From contig JAUCBJ010001399.1 in the NCBI GenBank assembly GCA_032718475.1, positions 1-55,383 on the forward strand: a stretch of 55,383 nucleotides of DNA, in the 5' to 3' direction. Below are positions 1 to 11,011 of this stretch, piece after piece. The notes under the pieces were generated by a model. That model did no database searches, had not been told where the DNA came from, and saw nothing but the letters and a program-made list of their open reading frames with translations. Position 1 is the first letter of the stretch, and each line of letters opens with the position of its first letter. The stretch comes from Nemertoderma westbladi (Eukaryota > Animalia > Xenacoelomorpha). The translations under genes were made by a program, and so were the position numbers.

Positions 1-91
1 ATTAGCCTAATCCGCAAAACTCTTTCTCTAACTTGATAAAGCAGCGATCCCTGCTCTTGAGGTCCTTGAGGTTGTTGAAACAGTTGTCTCT

Positions 92-739
92 CTACTCGCT
101 CCATAGAGCTGAAGAATCCCTGGGCGTATCCGGAGCGGACCTCTTCCATACAGCTGGATCGATGGTTTCCTTGGCTACTCCCATCCGGTGTATGTCTTCC
201 CAGGCAGCTTCTGATAAATCAAACGGGAGTCCGGGTCCGGGGAAGTTCCATTGCGACTCGACAATAGACTTCAGTTCTTCACTCGTGTATCCCGCGTAGC
301 TATCTCTAGTTGACCGTTGACTTCTCGCCCAATCGATCTGGTGTTCTTCCACCACGATCAATAACCCAGCGAGCACGGCTGCAGGAAGGATGAGAAGGGG
401 ATCCGTATAAACCGCATCCGTCATCTCTGCTCCGCGCTCGGGTGTCAGCTCTACAGTATCCTCACTACTGGAGCTGCTGGGCCGCTGAGGAATAAGTTCT
501 TGACTAGCGGGTTGTTGCTGTTCCGCTGCCTTTTGGTCCCACTTGACCTGAGCTCGAGTGCCTATGATAGACCTACGATGTTGGACCAGCCTAGGTTCTG
601 TTATTACTACTGGAGGGATGACCTTCCTCACAGTGGGAGGTGAACTGGATTTACGACCAGACAGTTGTACGTCTCTATCTGAGTCGCAGATAGTTACATC
701 TAATAAACTGTCTGACAGGTTCTGCTTAGTATCAGACAT
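92..739 (-). pseudogene. Gag N-terminal region of copy A (premature stop, probable frameshift)
   Basis: The first ~110 aa (MSDTKQNLSDSLL...HRRSIIGTRAQVK...TPERGAEMTDAVY) match the N-terminus of the 1367-aa ORF. The sequence then diverges, and another frame stays open to the window edge. Confidence 0.75.
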
Positions 740-2019
740 GACTATGTATACCGTTGAATGTCTACTGCTGTATTACAGTCTGAGTAAGTCTAGTAACTCA
801 GTATTACCTGCTAGCCTAGTAATTAATTACCGGTACTGCTACTCAGTGTAGCGTGATATATATATAATATATTAGAATACCGGTATACTTATAGTATATA
901 TAACGATATAAGTATTATTACAGACTGGGTTTATCACAGAATACCGGTATAATTTTAGCACAAATATATATAAATATATAATAGGCCTATCGGAATACCG
1001 GTATACAGCTTACAGTTTGTAGTATATATAATTCTGGAATAGAATTAATTACAAGTACCGGTATAATTTCAGCCTAGATTTATAGAAATAAGATAATAGG
1101 CCTATCGTAAATACCGGTATATCAATTATTTTAGAATAATTGAATTTCTGAACTTTAGGGTTACTTGGTTACTTTAACTTACTTTATTACCGTTATTTAA
1201 GCAGTAATCCAACTGATATTGAGACCTAATGGTTTTATGGTAGGCCTACTATTTATAAATCGTTAGATTTGATTTATAATGTATTTATACCCGTTTTAAT
1301 GGGTTTAGTCAATGTTTGAAATAAATGTTATTATTTCTGGGGTAATCACTACACAAAGCGGTGCGCTTTTAGTGAAGTGTTACGTATAGGACACTAAAAC
1401 AAATATTACTAATTTACCTAAGTTACTTAATACTACAAGTACGTACAATTCGGGTGAGATTACAATCTCTAAATAAACACAAAAATTTACAAAAAACACA
1501 AAATACGAATTTTTAGGGTAATTTTACAAGAAGTCTACAAACCAGCCTAACAAAGGGTTAGATAACCGGTTATTACAACGGACAGGGTACTACGGTATTT
1601 GAAATAATAAGTAGTAGTAAATACACTGCGTTGTCTAGATAGAAAAATACCACCGCCTGACGACCTATAGCCGTATCGCTATAGGTTCTACGTTATGTAT
1701 CACGGAGTGTTCCTACCTAGAAGTTAATAGAGCTAATCGAATGTGCCTATCAACCACTTTACAACACAAATATAATGCCTACAATAATTACTTCGGAAAG
1801 TACTGTACACTAAACCCTAAATTAGGTACGAGTACTTGTACAACAGATAATCAGTAGTTAAATATACTTGAACAGCTAAAAGAACCACGGCATCTGCTGG
1901 AGTGACCGATGCACAAAATCACCAGTCTTTACCTACGCCGAGCAGCCCGTGTAGTACCGGGGTTAATTTAACTATAGCGGTATGTATAACAAACACAATT
2001 ACTGTAGGAACAAACTTGG

Positions 2020-2625
2020 GGAATGAATGTTGCGAATAGTCGCATAAACTCTGAATAATAAATATTACGCTACGCGTACAAACCACTCAAACAAAATACA
2101 GACCGAACACTGACAGACTACTATCAAGCCTAAACAAACGACGGTATATGCAGACTCCGAAATGATTAGGGAGTATGCGCTCTAACCCAGTAGTGCGACT
2201 TATTCTTTAGTTGGGGGTTTACCTTACAGCGTTCGCTGCCCCTACTGCCTAACCGTACTTAATCGGACAGATGATCTACACACGCGGCAATCCGTTCAGA
2301 CCTAATAACAGCCAGACAACTATCCAGCCTACAAATTATCTAAATAAAATTATACGCTACCCGTACAGACTTACACAAACAAAGTACAGACTAAACGATG
2401 GCAGACTACTCTCAAGCCTAAATAAACTACGGTATATGCAGACTCCGATATGATTAGGGAGTATGCGCTCTAACCCAGTAGTGCGACTTATTCTTTAGTT
2501 GGGGGTTTACCTTACAGCGTTCGCTGCCCCTACTTCCTAACCGTACTTAATCGGACAGGTGATCTACACACACTGCAACTCGTTCAGACTTAACAGCAAT
2601 CAGACAACAGCTCAGCCTACAAATT
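2020..2625. repeat. ~290-bp tandem duplication in the 5' UTR of copy A
   Basis: TGATTAGGGAGTATGCGCTCTAACCCAGTAGTGCGACTTATTC... occurs at ~2163 and ~2451. Confidence 0.9.
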
Positions 2626-2948
2626 GTCTGTACAATCTGATCAGGCTTACACGCCTTCTGTTCAATACTGGCCTACAAACAAATAAAACTTGACAGAAAT
2701 AAGTAAAAATCTCAATAAAAAACCAGGGCTGCAGTCCCTGATTAATTATTAAGGCCTACTGGTATATAATTATCAAAATCGAATAATACTGCTGTACCTG
2801 TACTGATGTAGGTACCGGTCCGGGTGGTTAGGTAGTCAGGCCTACTGGTACCGGTTCTGGCAGTTGGGCCTACTGACCTACAGATGTACCGGTTGACCGG
2901 TACTTTCAACTTTATTGCTTACTGCAATAAAGAAGCAATATCCTTTAA

Positions 2949-4165
2949 TGTTCGCGCTTTCAGACCTTTGGCAGTTTAACCCGCCAAATTAAGATGTCTT
3001 CTAGATATTAAATCGCTTTTTAGCCTATGACAAGTATTTGATTCACTACACTAGTCGAAACCAATCCGTGCGCGACCATTCACCCGCTGGATATTCCCGG
3101 GAGATTGGGTTCGACGGTTTAATTTTATTGCTATGTAAGCCTAATGTATTATTCGACTGACAGTATTATATAATCTCTGACAATATTATTTACCTTCGGG
3201 AATATTAACAGTTCCTTTAGGACGTGGCGCTTTATCTATATAAACAGAGTTATGACTTAAACTACTCACAACGATATGGCTTAATTATAATTCACATATA
3301 TGGCGCATTCTTTAGGAATTGCTTCTTTAACAGGCTCGCTCATACGCAATGCTGCACAATACTGCACACTAATCTGCCAATCTTCACTGATTTTAGTCAC
3401 ATATAAAAGGAACACAGACTGACTCATGTAGGGTCTATCAAATAACATTAGATTCACTTCAAACCACTTTAACATAAGTCACAATCGTTATTGTTAACCT
3501 TTCTCTCTTACCTTCGGTATATCAAGAATATTGGGTGTCGGGGTTATTTCTCGTTATTCCAATATAATAATTCATCAACCAATATAATGAATAACCAACA
3601 ACAAATAGCAGTATACGGTATTGATTGAGCAGGTAATTTTAGCAGTTTCAGCAGTTATTAAAAGCCGTGTGGCAGCAGTTGCTGTCGCCAGGCAGTCCGT
3701 ATGATCATCAGTCAGTTAAAGGATATATGTCCTTGTAATTAAACCTACTAGTGTTGAGCTAAAAAGCATAAAACATAAAACACTAAAAGCCGTTCTTTCG
3801 TGGCTTTGAAAAACTCGTGACTACTGCTCTATACGAGGATACCAACTCCCTTATTCCACGAAGCTCCCGTTCAACACAGAGAAAGAGCAGTGAGATAGGA
3901 AATTTTCAGTTCAGTGCTCTGTGATAGGTCGAAATCAAGGCTAACTCAAATTCTATTGGGAGATACAACACAAGGCTATGACGCAACCTCCCTAGGCTTG
4001 TTGGCCGATTAAACAGAGCCCAGCTGCCTGCGTATAGCAAATCAGCCAATAAGCTGGTAACTTGCACTATTTTTAGTTATAGATCACTTTGAGAGTATTC
4101 TTAGCGACTGGGGGGGAACTGGCCAACAAGGCAAACTAATCAGTTATCCCACAAAAGCTTTTACA
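2949..4165 (-). repeat. 5' LTR of copy A (1217 bp, variant U3)
   Basis: Termini TGTTCGCGC...AAAGCTTTTACA as in the other LTRs. The first ~650 bp align with them; ~3650-4150 does not. Confidence 0.88.
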
Positions 4166-4166
4166 T

Positions 4167-6050
4167 TTGCCCAAGGGTGGAGTAGGTACACGCTGGGACA
4201 AGAATGTGTTATATATGATGGAACAACAACGAAGAGAGCCTACCATGGCTGATCTCATGTCATTCTTAGATGGAGAGGTAAAATTACAGCTCCTAAAGCA
4301 GACCAGAGAGAAGACACCGGAAAATAAGGTAAGTGAGAAACTCGTTTCTAGGAGAAAGGTAATACCAGTGTGTTATACCGAAAACGGCGAAAGCCAGACT
4401 TCTCAAGGAGAGGATAGTGGGAAAGACACTGAAAGATCTTACTATGACAACAAAGCGCCTAAGGACGTAAGTAAATTCAAGTCTCGAACCAATGACAGGA
4501 GAGAACAGGTAAGAAAAACTCCTCCTACGTCCCCTAAGAGAATTCATGTAAGAAAGCCCGAGGAAAGAACGAGTGTGCACAACGTTACTCAAAGTAAGGT
4601 AAGTAACATCAAACCAAAATGTGTGCTGTGCGACGGGCCCCACCGTTTAAGTGCGTGTGATGAATTCCTGAGGAAATCACTAAAGGACAGACGTGAAGTC
4701 ATGTGGGATAAGCGGTTGTGTTATAATTGCCTCAGACGAGGACACCAACGGCGAACCTGTTACTCCGACGCAAGGTGTGCAAAGTGCGGCGCAAAACATC
4801 ATATCTTGTTGCACACGGAATTCGAACGAAACAGCCCGAGTCAGGTAAGTGAGTCCGAACTACATGTCCAATTCAGTGATGTGAACGACACTGACCAATA
4901 TTCTGAAATGGAAGGATTCTATACGGACGAATTCTCCGACGAAAACGAATCCTGTTACCTGATAAATACTGCAGTGTATCGAGCACATACGTATGAAAAG
5001 GACACCGACAGCGAGCTCCCCCCAACTACTTCTGACCGACAACCACCTTGGAAAGCACCAACTTCCAATGTAGGAATCCGAGAATTTCCCGTAGTGCAGC
5101 TAAGGGTCCACGGACCTGAAAGGAGTTATATAGTGAACGCCCTTCTTGACTCCGGTAGCACAGGAACATTCATCGACAAAGAACTAGCCGAAGACATCTT
5201 TGCTGGACAACCCAAGTTCCGAACTAAGTTAAACATGTCAGGAATTATGCCGGTTTGGAAATCTACAGTAATCGCAGATTATTATGAAGGTGCGTTGTCC
5301 ACCCCCCAGGATGAACTAGGAGAACACAGCATAAGGTCAGTAAAAATGGTGGCGATAAAGAACTTCGCTACCAGCCAAGTAGAACCTTATAACTGGGATG
5401 AGGACGATTTCACCCAGCAGTTTGATATACCTAGATTCAACACAGATTACCCTGGAGTGCAAATACTCATCGGTCAAAATGCGCATGAGGCGCTCGAGAC
5501 ATTGGAGAAACGGCCTGCTCATCCGCAACCATTACAAGTCTATGCGGGAAGAACTAGAGTAGGTTGGTACTTTAGTGGCCCTTCACGTAGAACTCTAATG
5601 GAAAGATTACCAAAAGAACAGGTATATCAATTAAGTAAATGGGAAGTGGAGAGCAGTGAAGTTGACGACCCAACTGAGGGAACACCATACTCCTCAGATA
5701 ATGACGATATTAACTCCAATGTAGATCAATGGAGACATTGCCCCGAGACGATTAATCTAGCCGACATCGCTTCCAGAGGAGCAACTCCTCAAGAACTGAC
5801 AGATACTCCAGACCGGTTAGGTGGACCCGACTTCCTAAATAAAGAAGATGAATGGCCTCCTCATCTTACCCCGGCGAAGATTAGACAGGCCAAGGGAGCG
5901 GAGAAAGTAACACAACCACTCAATCGCCCAGCTGTTCGTTTATGTTTACTGGAAAGAGACCGAAAACTGTCCGTAAACTATGGAAGGCAAGATACTCTTC
6001 CCACGACCACCTCCCTAATCCAACAAATATCTAGGGACTCCATAACGTAA
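4167..6050 (+). CDS. C-terminal half of the Gag-protease polyprotein of copy B (5' part separated by insertion of copy A)
   Basis: Zn knuckles CVLCDGPHRLSAC, CYNCLRRGHQRRTC and CAKCGAKHHILLH; protease ALLDSGSTGTFI; RNase H tail QWRHCPETINLADIASRG. Roughly 85% aa identity to the 1367-aa ORF by eye. Confidence 0.9.
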   Translation: MPKGGVGTRWDKNVLYMMEQQRREPTMADLMSFLDGEVKLQLLKQTREKTPENKVSEKLVSRRKVIPVCYTENGESQTSQGEDSGKDTERSYYDNKAPKDVSKFKSRTNDRREQVRKTPPTSPKRIHVRKPEERTSVHNVTQSKVSNIKPKCVLCDGPHRLSACDEFLRKSLKDRREVMWDKRLCYNCLRRGHQRRTCYSDARCAKCGAKHHILLHTEFERNSPSQVSESELHVQFSDVNDTDQYSEMEGFYTDEFSDENESCYLINTAVYRAHTYEKDTDSELPPTTSDRQPPWKAPTSNVGIREFPVVQLRVHGPERSYIVNALLDSGSTGTFIDKELAEDIFAGQPKFRTKLNMSGIMPVWKSTVIADYYEGALSTPQDELGEHSIRSVKMVAIKNFATSQVEPYNWDEDDFTQQFDIPRFNTDYPGVQILIGQNAHEALETLEKRPAHPQPLQVYAGRTRVGWYFSGPSRRTLMERLPKEQVYQLSKWEVESSEVDDPTEGTPYSSDNDDINSNVDQWRHCPETINLADIASRGATPQELTDTPDRLGGPDFLNKEDEWPPHLTPAKIRQAKGAEKVTQPLNRPAVRLCLLERDRKLSVNYGRQDTLPTTTSLIQQISRDSIT

Positions 6051-7702
6051 CAACATACGGAGTGGGTGTGTGACTATATTATTTTATATTTATTTTTATT
6101 ATTTTATATTATGTATGTATTATTATGTAATTTTATTATAATCGTTTTCTTTAATTTCATTTAGTAGAATGTTATTTTAGCGATTATGTAGTAGATTAGT
6201 GCAATATATATTCGCATTTATTACTTAATTACTTACATATTATATATTTAGTGCGATGGCGAGAAATAATCCTTTTTCTCCTTCCTTACTGTCCGTATTA
6301 CATTACAAATACGTAACTACAGTAAGATGAAATGTCCGTACTTATTAAAGTACAATAAAGCTCCTACTATATTTAAGTATTATTGGTAAGCAGAGTATTA
6401 GGAATGCAAAATTCAGATCCTCGTGTCTCGGCTAAACCAAGCTCTGGGTAGACCTTGGAAACGACTTGCCTCTTCTCACTGACATTGCTTCGTGCGATAT
6501 TGCTCTCATACCGTCTATTAAATAATACATATTAGTAGCGTGATGTCCCTTTAACAGTAGCGTACTATGCAAATAAATCTGTTAAACCCTTTGATCATCT
6601 GTAATTCTAGTCGATTAAGATATCGCGGCACCCACCGATATACTTGAAAGACAAAATTCTAGAATCAGTGGTTAACGTCCCCAGACAAATTCTGGAATAA
6701 ACTGGTTCCCATCCTAAATATTAATTATTAATATTTACAAAATCTGTCAAATTTTAGATCCTTTAAAATTCTAGTCGATTAAGATATCGTAGCACTTACC
6801 GATACTCTTAAAAAGACAAAATTCCTAGAATCTAGGATCCCAGTCCCCAGACACGTTCTGGAATAAAATTACGTCTATTTAACATTAAATAATAAAATCT
6901 ACGGGAATAAATTTAAATTCATATATTTCGATGAATTTAATAACTTGTCATTTTTATATACAATTTATAACATTCCCAAAATTACATTAATTAATAGATC
7001 ATGGGAGCGGAGATTCACCCTATTAAGTGTATTTGTGTACGAGAATCTCCAATATATAGTCAATAGCCGATAAAATTCATAAAATCATATATAGAGAGGA
7101 TATTGACAATTAAAGACTTACTATTAAATAGCATCCCAGATCTGTATGCATGAGAATTACCCTAATTCTACCGCTAGCTTTCCATAATGTCACCATAGCA
7201 ACAACCACGCTAGAATTAGAAGCGAGTTAACAGAACAATAAAAAGCTTGCTCATTGAATAGCATACGGAATAAATAGCACACCGCTAGTATCCAAGGATA
7301 CATAATAACAACGTGACATTCTGGAAGGCACTTGACTAACGGACAAATGACCCGAATGTGTGATAGAATGTGTACCATTTGTGACAGTTACGTGGAATTT
7401 GTGCGTTTGTAGGTGAATGTTACTACTAAGGTGTGTTTACAGTAGCGAGTCGCAATTGTGAAAGTAGCCCTAACTCTCCAGTAAGAACCTGAAGTATATC
7501 TAAGCCTTTGGGACGGACGGTGGAGTGACTCGTGCTGGTTGTTGTAGTCGTTGTGCAGCTACGATGTTGGCGATAGGCACATCGGCGAAAGTACACCAGC
7601 GCTGAGGATATCGCACTGTCCGGGGGCAGAGAGGGGTAGGCAGCGACGCCCGCTCGCCTAAATATAAACTCATTATAATATGGATAAACTTATATAGCAG
7701 AT

Positions 7703-9278
7703 ATGATTGAGTTGATAGAAGATGATCTTGGTATCAGGGAGCGATATACTCTACCTTTACAAGCGTTTGTTGATAGCTTGATACGCGACGAAGCTGGTCC
7801 AACTACTACGGAGGACGATGGTCGTTATATCTAACCGCCAATGTCCCGGGAGCAACTTGCGCGTGGGTTGGACTGTAGAAAATTCACCGCTCACTATACG
7901 CATCGTAATGGTACGTATATGGACTTCTTAACTACTGGTCATCCTATCGACCTACACGATACGAACGATATAGACACCAAAAGGGAAACGGTTTTATTTA
8001 AATATCATACCCAGCGGAAGCGGAACGATAAACTGAGACTCGAACACGAAAATTCTATTCGAAACCGACTTGAAAGTGCAGATGTTGAAGAGCCGGATAA
8101 ACGCAGCGACTTCACCAAATACCTGGAATTCTTGAGAGAAACCTATCTCGATATTACCAGTCAACAGAATCTAGAAACTCGAAATCATCAAGGTATACAT
8201 CATGACCGCATGGTCGAACTCAAACGGCTCTATTCCACTATGATGTATCTTACCACCGATCGACCGCTACCTGTTGTACCGGATAGCTTCGAACAGATGG
8301 AGGAATATTGTAAAACCGAATAAATATCACTCGCGTTTCCCCTACAAGACGTGCGTCTTTGGTATTATTGCGATGAATGCCCTAGACCCAACCAACAAAC
8401 GGAAAGACCTAAACATCCTCGGAGACGTTGCACTAAACACGGTTTTACTCGCTATACTTGCGGGAGTTTCGAGCGAAATTTGTTTGACGTATCACCTACG
8501 CTCGTTCGACTCAGACAATCCTTAAATAAACCAATGATCAGAGTTTCGGAATACTCGATCAGACCTCCTCATTCCCTAGTGAGACCTCAGACTCTTAATC
8601 CTATTAGAATGACGGATCCTCCCGAGCTGTACTCACTGTTCAAAGATCTAGTGTTACCTGAACAATTAGTCGGTGGCACCCCGGTTGTGGGCTTCCTAGA
8701 TATTAGCCCATCCTCACTAGCCGGATTGGGACGCGGACATTTAATATCGCCGTTTAACCCTTAACATCGTCCCGGCTTAACACGATATAACCTGTCACCA
8801 AAGTGGCGGAGAGCGTTGTACCAAATGAGTTAGACGCTATTCTACAAAGATCAGAAAAGGAACTTAAGCTTGTTCAGATGAACGTAAATTGCACTAGCAA
8901 GTCCAAGCGGTAAACAAAGTAACTTTACCTCAGTTCGATCGGGAAATCCAGAATCTCTAAGAAGTTATCGAACTTGGACGACCCTATTCTCTGCGAGAGT
9001 TTTTGGATGAACGTATCCAGCTACGAGCGGAGGAAAATCAGCTCGAGGAGAAGCATATCGAAACGGCGGATACCCCGACCATAATCCTACACCTTCTGAT
9101 GCAATCATATTGCACCCTTCACCCAGGAGTTACAGCCCTCCTAGTAAAGTGGCTCGCCCCAAAGAGAAAAGGACTCTTGATAGCCTCAAAAAACTGCGTA
9201 AACGCCATCCGCGTAAGAAAGACTAACTGTTTAGAGTATTTTTATATTTTAGAAACTGTGATTTGTTATATTTTATAG
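7703..9278 (+). pseudogene. Decayed second ORF (unknown protein) in the env position of copy B
   Basis: ATG 7703 and ORFs 7841-8323 and 8351-8764 share one frame, separated by single TAA stops. The stop at 7832 is GAA in the sister copy. Coding-like sequence continues with shifts to 9278. Confidence 0.65.
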
Positions 9279-9384
9279 ACTTAAATCCCATTTTCTGGGA
9301 GCGGTGTAAAGGCTTTTGCGGAATTAGCCGGTTATTTTCCCCGTAAAGTACTCTGTAGTTGCTTTAACAGGCATAAAAGGCCGT

Positions 9385-10523
9385 TGTTCGCGCTTTCAGA
9401 CCTTTAGCAGTTTAACCTGCCAAATTAGGATGTCTTCTAGATAATAGATAGTCTTTAGCCTACGACAAATATTTGATACACTACATTAGCCGAAACCAGT
9501 CTATGCGCGATCATTCACCCGCTGGATATACCCGGGAGACTGGATTCGGAAGCCTAATCGTATTGCGGGGTAGGTCTACTGTATTATTCGACTGATCGTA
9601 ATATATATAATCCCTGACAAATATTATTCACTTTCGGGAAATATTAACAGTTCCTTTAGGACGTGGCGCTCTAAATATATAAACAGAGTTATGACTTAAA
9701 CCAGACGCAATGGGATGGCTATAGATTCACGTATATGGCGCATTCTTTAGGAGATGCTTCGTTATCAATCACAATCATACACAATGCTGCACACCAATCT
9801 GCCGACCTTCACTAATTTTAGTCACATACAAAGAGAATAACAGACAATACATGTAGGGCCTATAAAATAGCATTAGATTCACTTCAAACCACTTAACATA
9901 AGTCGCAATCGTTTATATGTAACCGGTCTCTCTAACCTTTAGTATATCAAGAAGATTGGGGTGTCTGACTATTGATCAGTATTCCAATATAATATTTCAT
10001 CAACAAATATAATGAATAACAGACAGCAAAAGCAGTAATGTTAAGTAAGATATGTATGATATGTTAAGGATAGATTAGATAACGGATATACGTTCTATAA
10101 TTAAGCCTACTAATGTTGAACTAAAGACTGAAACACGGAGGTTCCACGCCGGTGTTGTAGGCTGTGGGCAAAAATCACATACTGACTCACTTCCCTAGTT
10201 TCTATATACCATCTCAAGCACAGAGGCAAAAAACGCTCTGATTGGTCGACCGAACAAAGAGAGAACAAAGAACAAAGAAATGTTCTACGTGGCAATATCA
10301 GCTGTTAGCCGTCGTCATGGTAGTGACACTGTTTTCAAGAGTATCCGGCTTATTGCGTCACAAAATTGCGGATTATGTCCTCTAAAGTACACATACAGAA
10401 GAAATTACTTTTATGTCCTCTAAAACACCAGTACAGTAAGGACACGGCCTTTTATGCCTGGTAAACCAACTACAGAGTACTTTACGGGAAAAATAACCGG
10501 CTAATTACGCAAAAGCCTTTACA
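9385..10523 (-). mobile_element. Solo LTR of the same family, antiparallel inside the LTR of copy B
   Basis: TGTTCGCGC...GCCTTTACA termini; 5-bp TSD GCCGT at 9380-9384 and 10524-10528. Confidence 0.95.
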
Positions 10524-10638
10524 GCCGTGTCCTTACTGTACTGGTGTTTTAGAGGACATAAACGCCATTTCTTCTGTCGGTGTACTTTAGCGGACATAAT
10601 TAGTAATTCTATGACGCAATGCGCCAAATCCTCTGTAA

Positions 10639-10843
10639 CTTCAGGGATAATGACTGTAGAAAGGGTCTAATGCCACGGTTAACGAAAACAGTTTCTATTT
10701 ATATGGCCATTTCATCATTATATAAATAGAAACTGTTTTCGTTAACCGTGGCATTAGACCCTTTCTACAGTCATTATCCCTGAAGTTATAATTATGGATA
10801 CGCCACGAACGGCATCATTTCGACTTCTTTCCCATTTAAATAT
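10639..10843. mobile_element. 205-bp fold-back insertion with 13-bp target duplication
   Basis: Perfect 69-bp inverted arms (10636-10704 and 10720-10788). AAATCCTCTGTAA is duplicated at 10626 and 10844. The insert is absent from sister LTRs. Confidence 0.85.
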
Positions 10844-10945
10844 AAATCCTCTGTAAACAGTGTAGCTACCATGACGACGGCTAACAGCTGATGCTGTACA
10901 CGTGGAGCCTTTTCTTTGTTCTCTGTTCCTTCTTTGTTCGGTCGA

Positions 10946-11011
10946 CCAATCAGAGCGTTTTTTGCCTCTGCGTTAGAGATTGTATATAGAAACTCGTGGA
11001 GTTGAGTCAGT
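10946..11011 (+). promoter_or_regulatory. Putative LTR Pol II promoter (CCAAT, TATA-like, Inr)
   Basis: CCAATCAG at 10946, TATATAG at 10983 and TCAGT at 11007. The CTCTGATTGGTCG motif recurs in the minus-strand LTRs. Confidence 0.55.

Larger units (their letters stand above)
1..4165 (-). mobile_element. BEL/Pao-derived LTR element, copy A (5' LTR, long 5' UTR and start of gag; continues beyond the window start)
   Basis: Colinear with 35730-39935 of the complete copy. Its LTR ends in GCTTTTACA at 4165 and abuts the middle of the gag of copy B. Confidence 0.9.
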
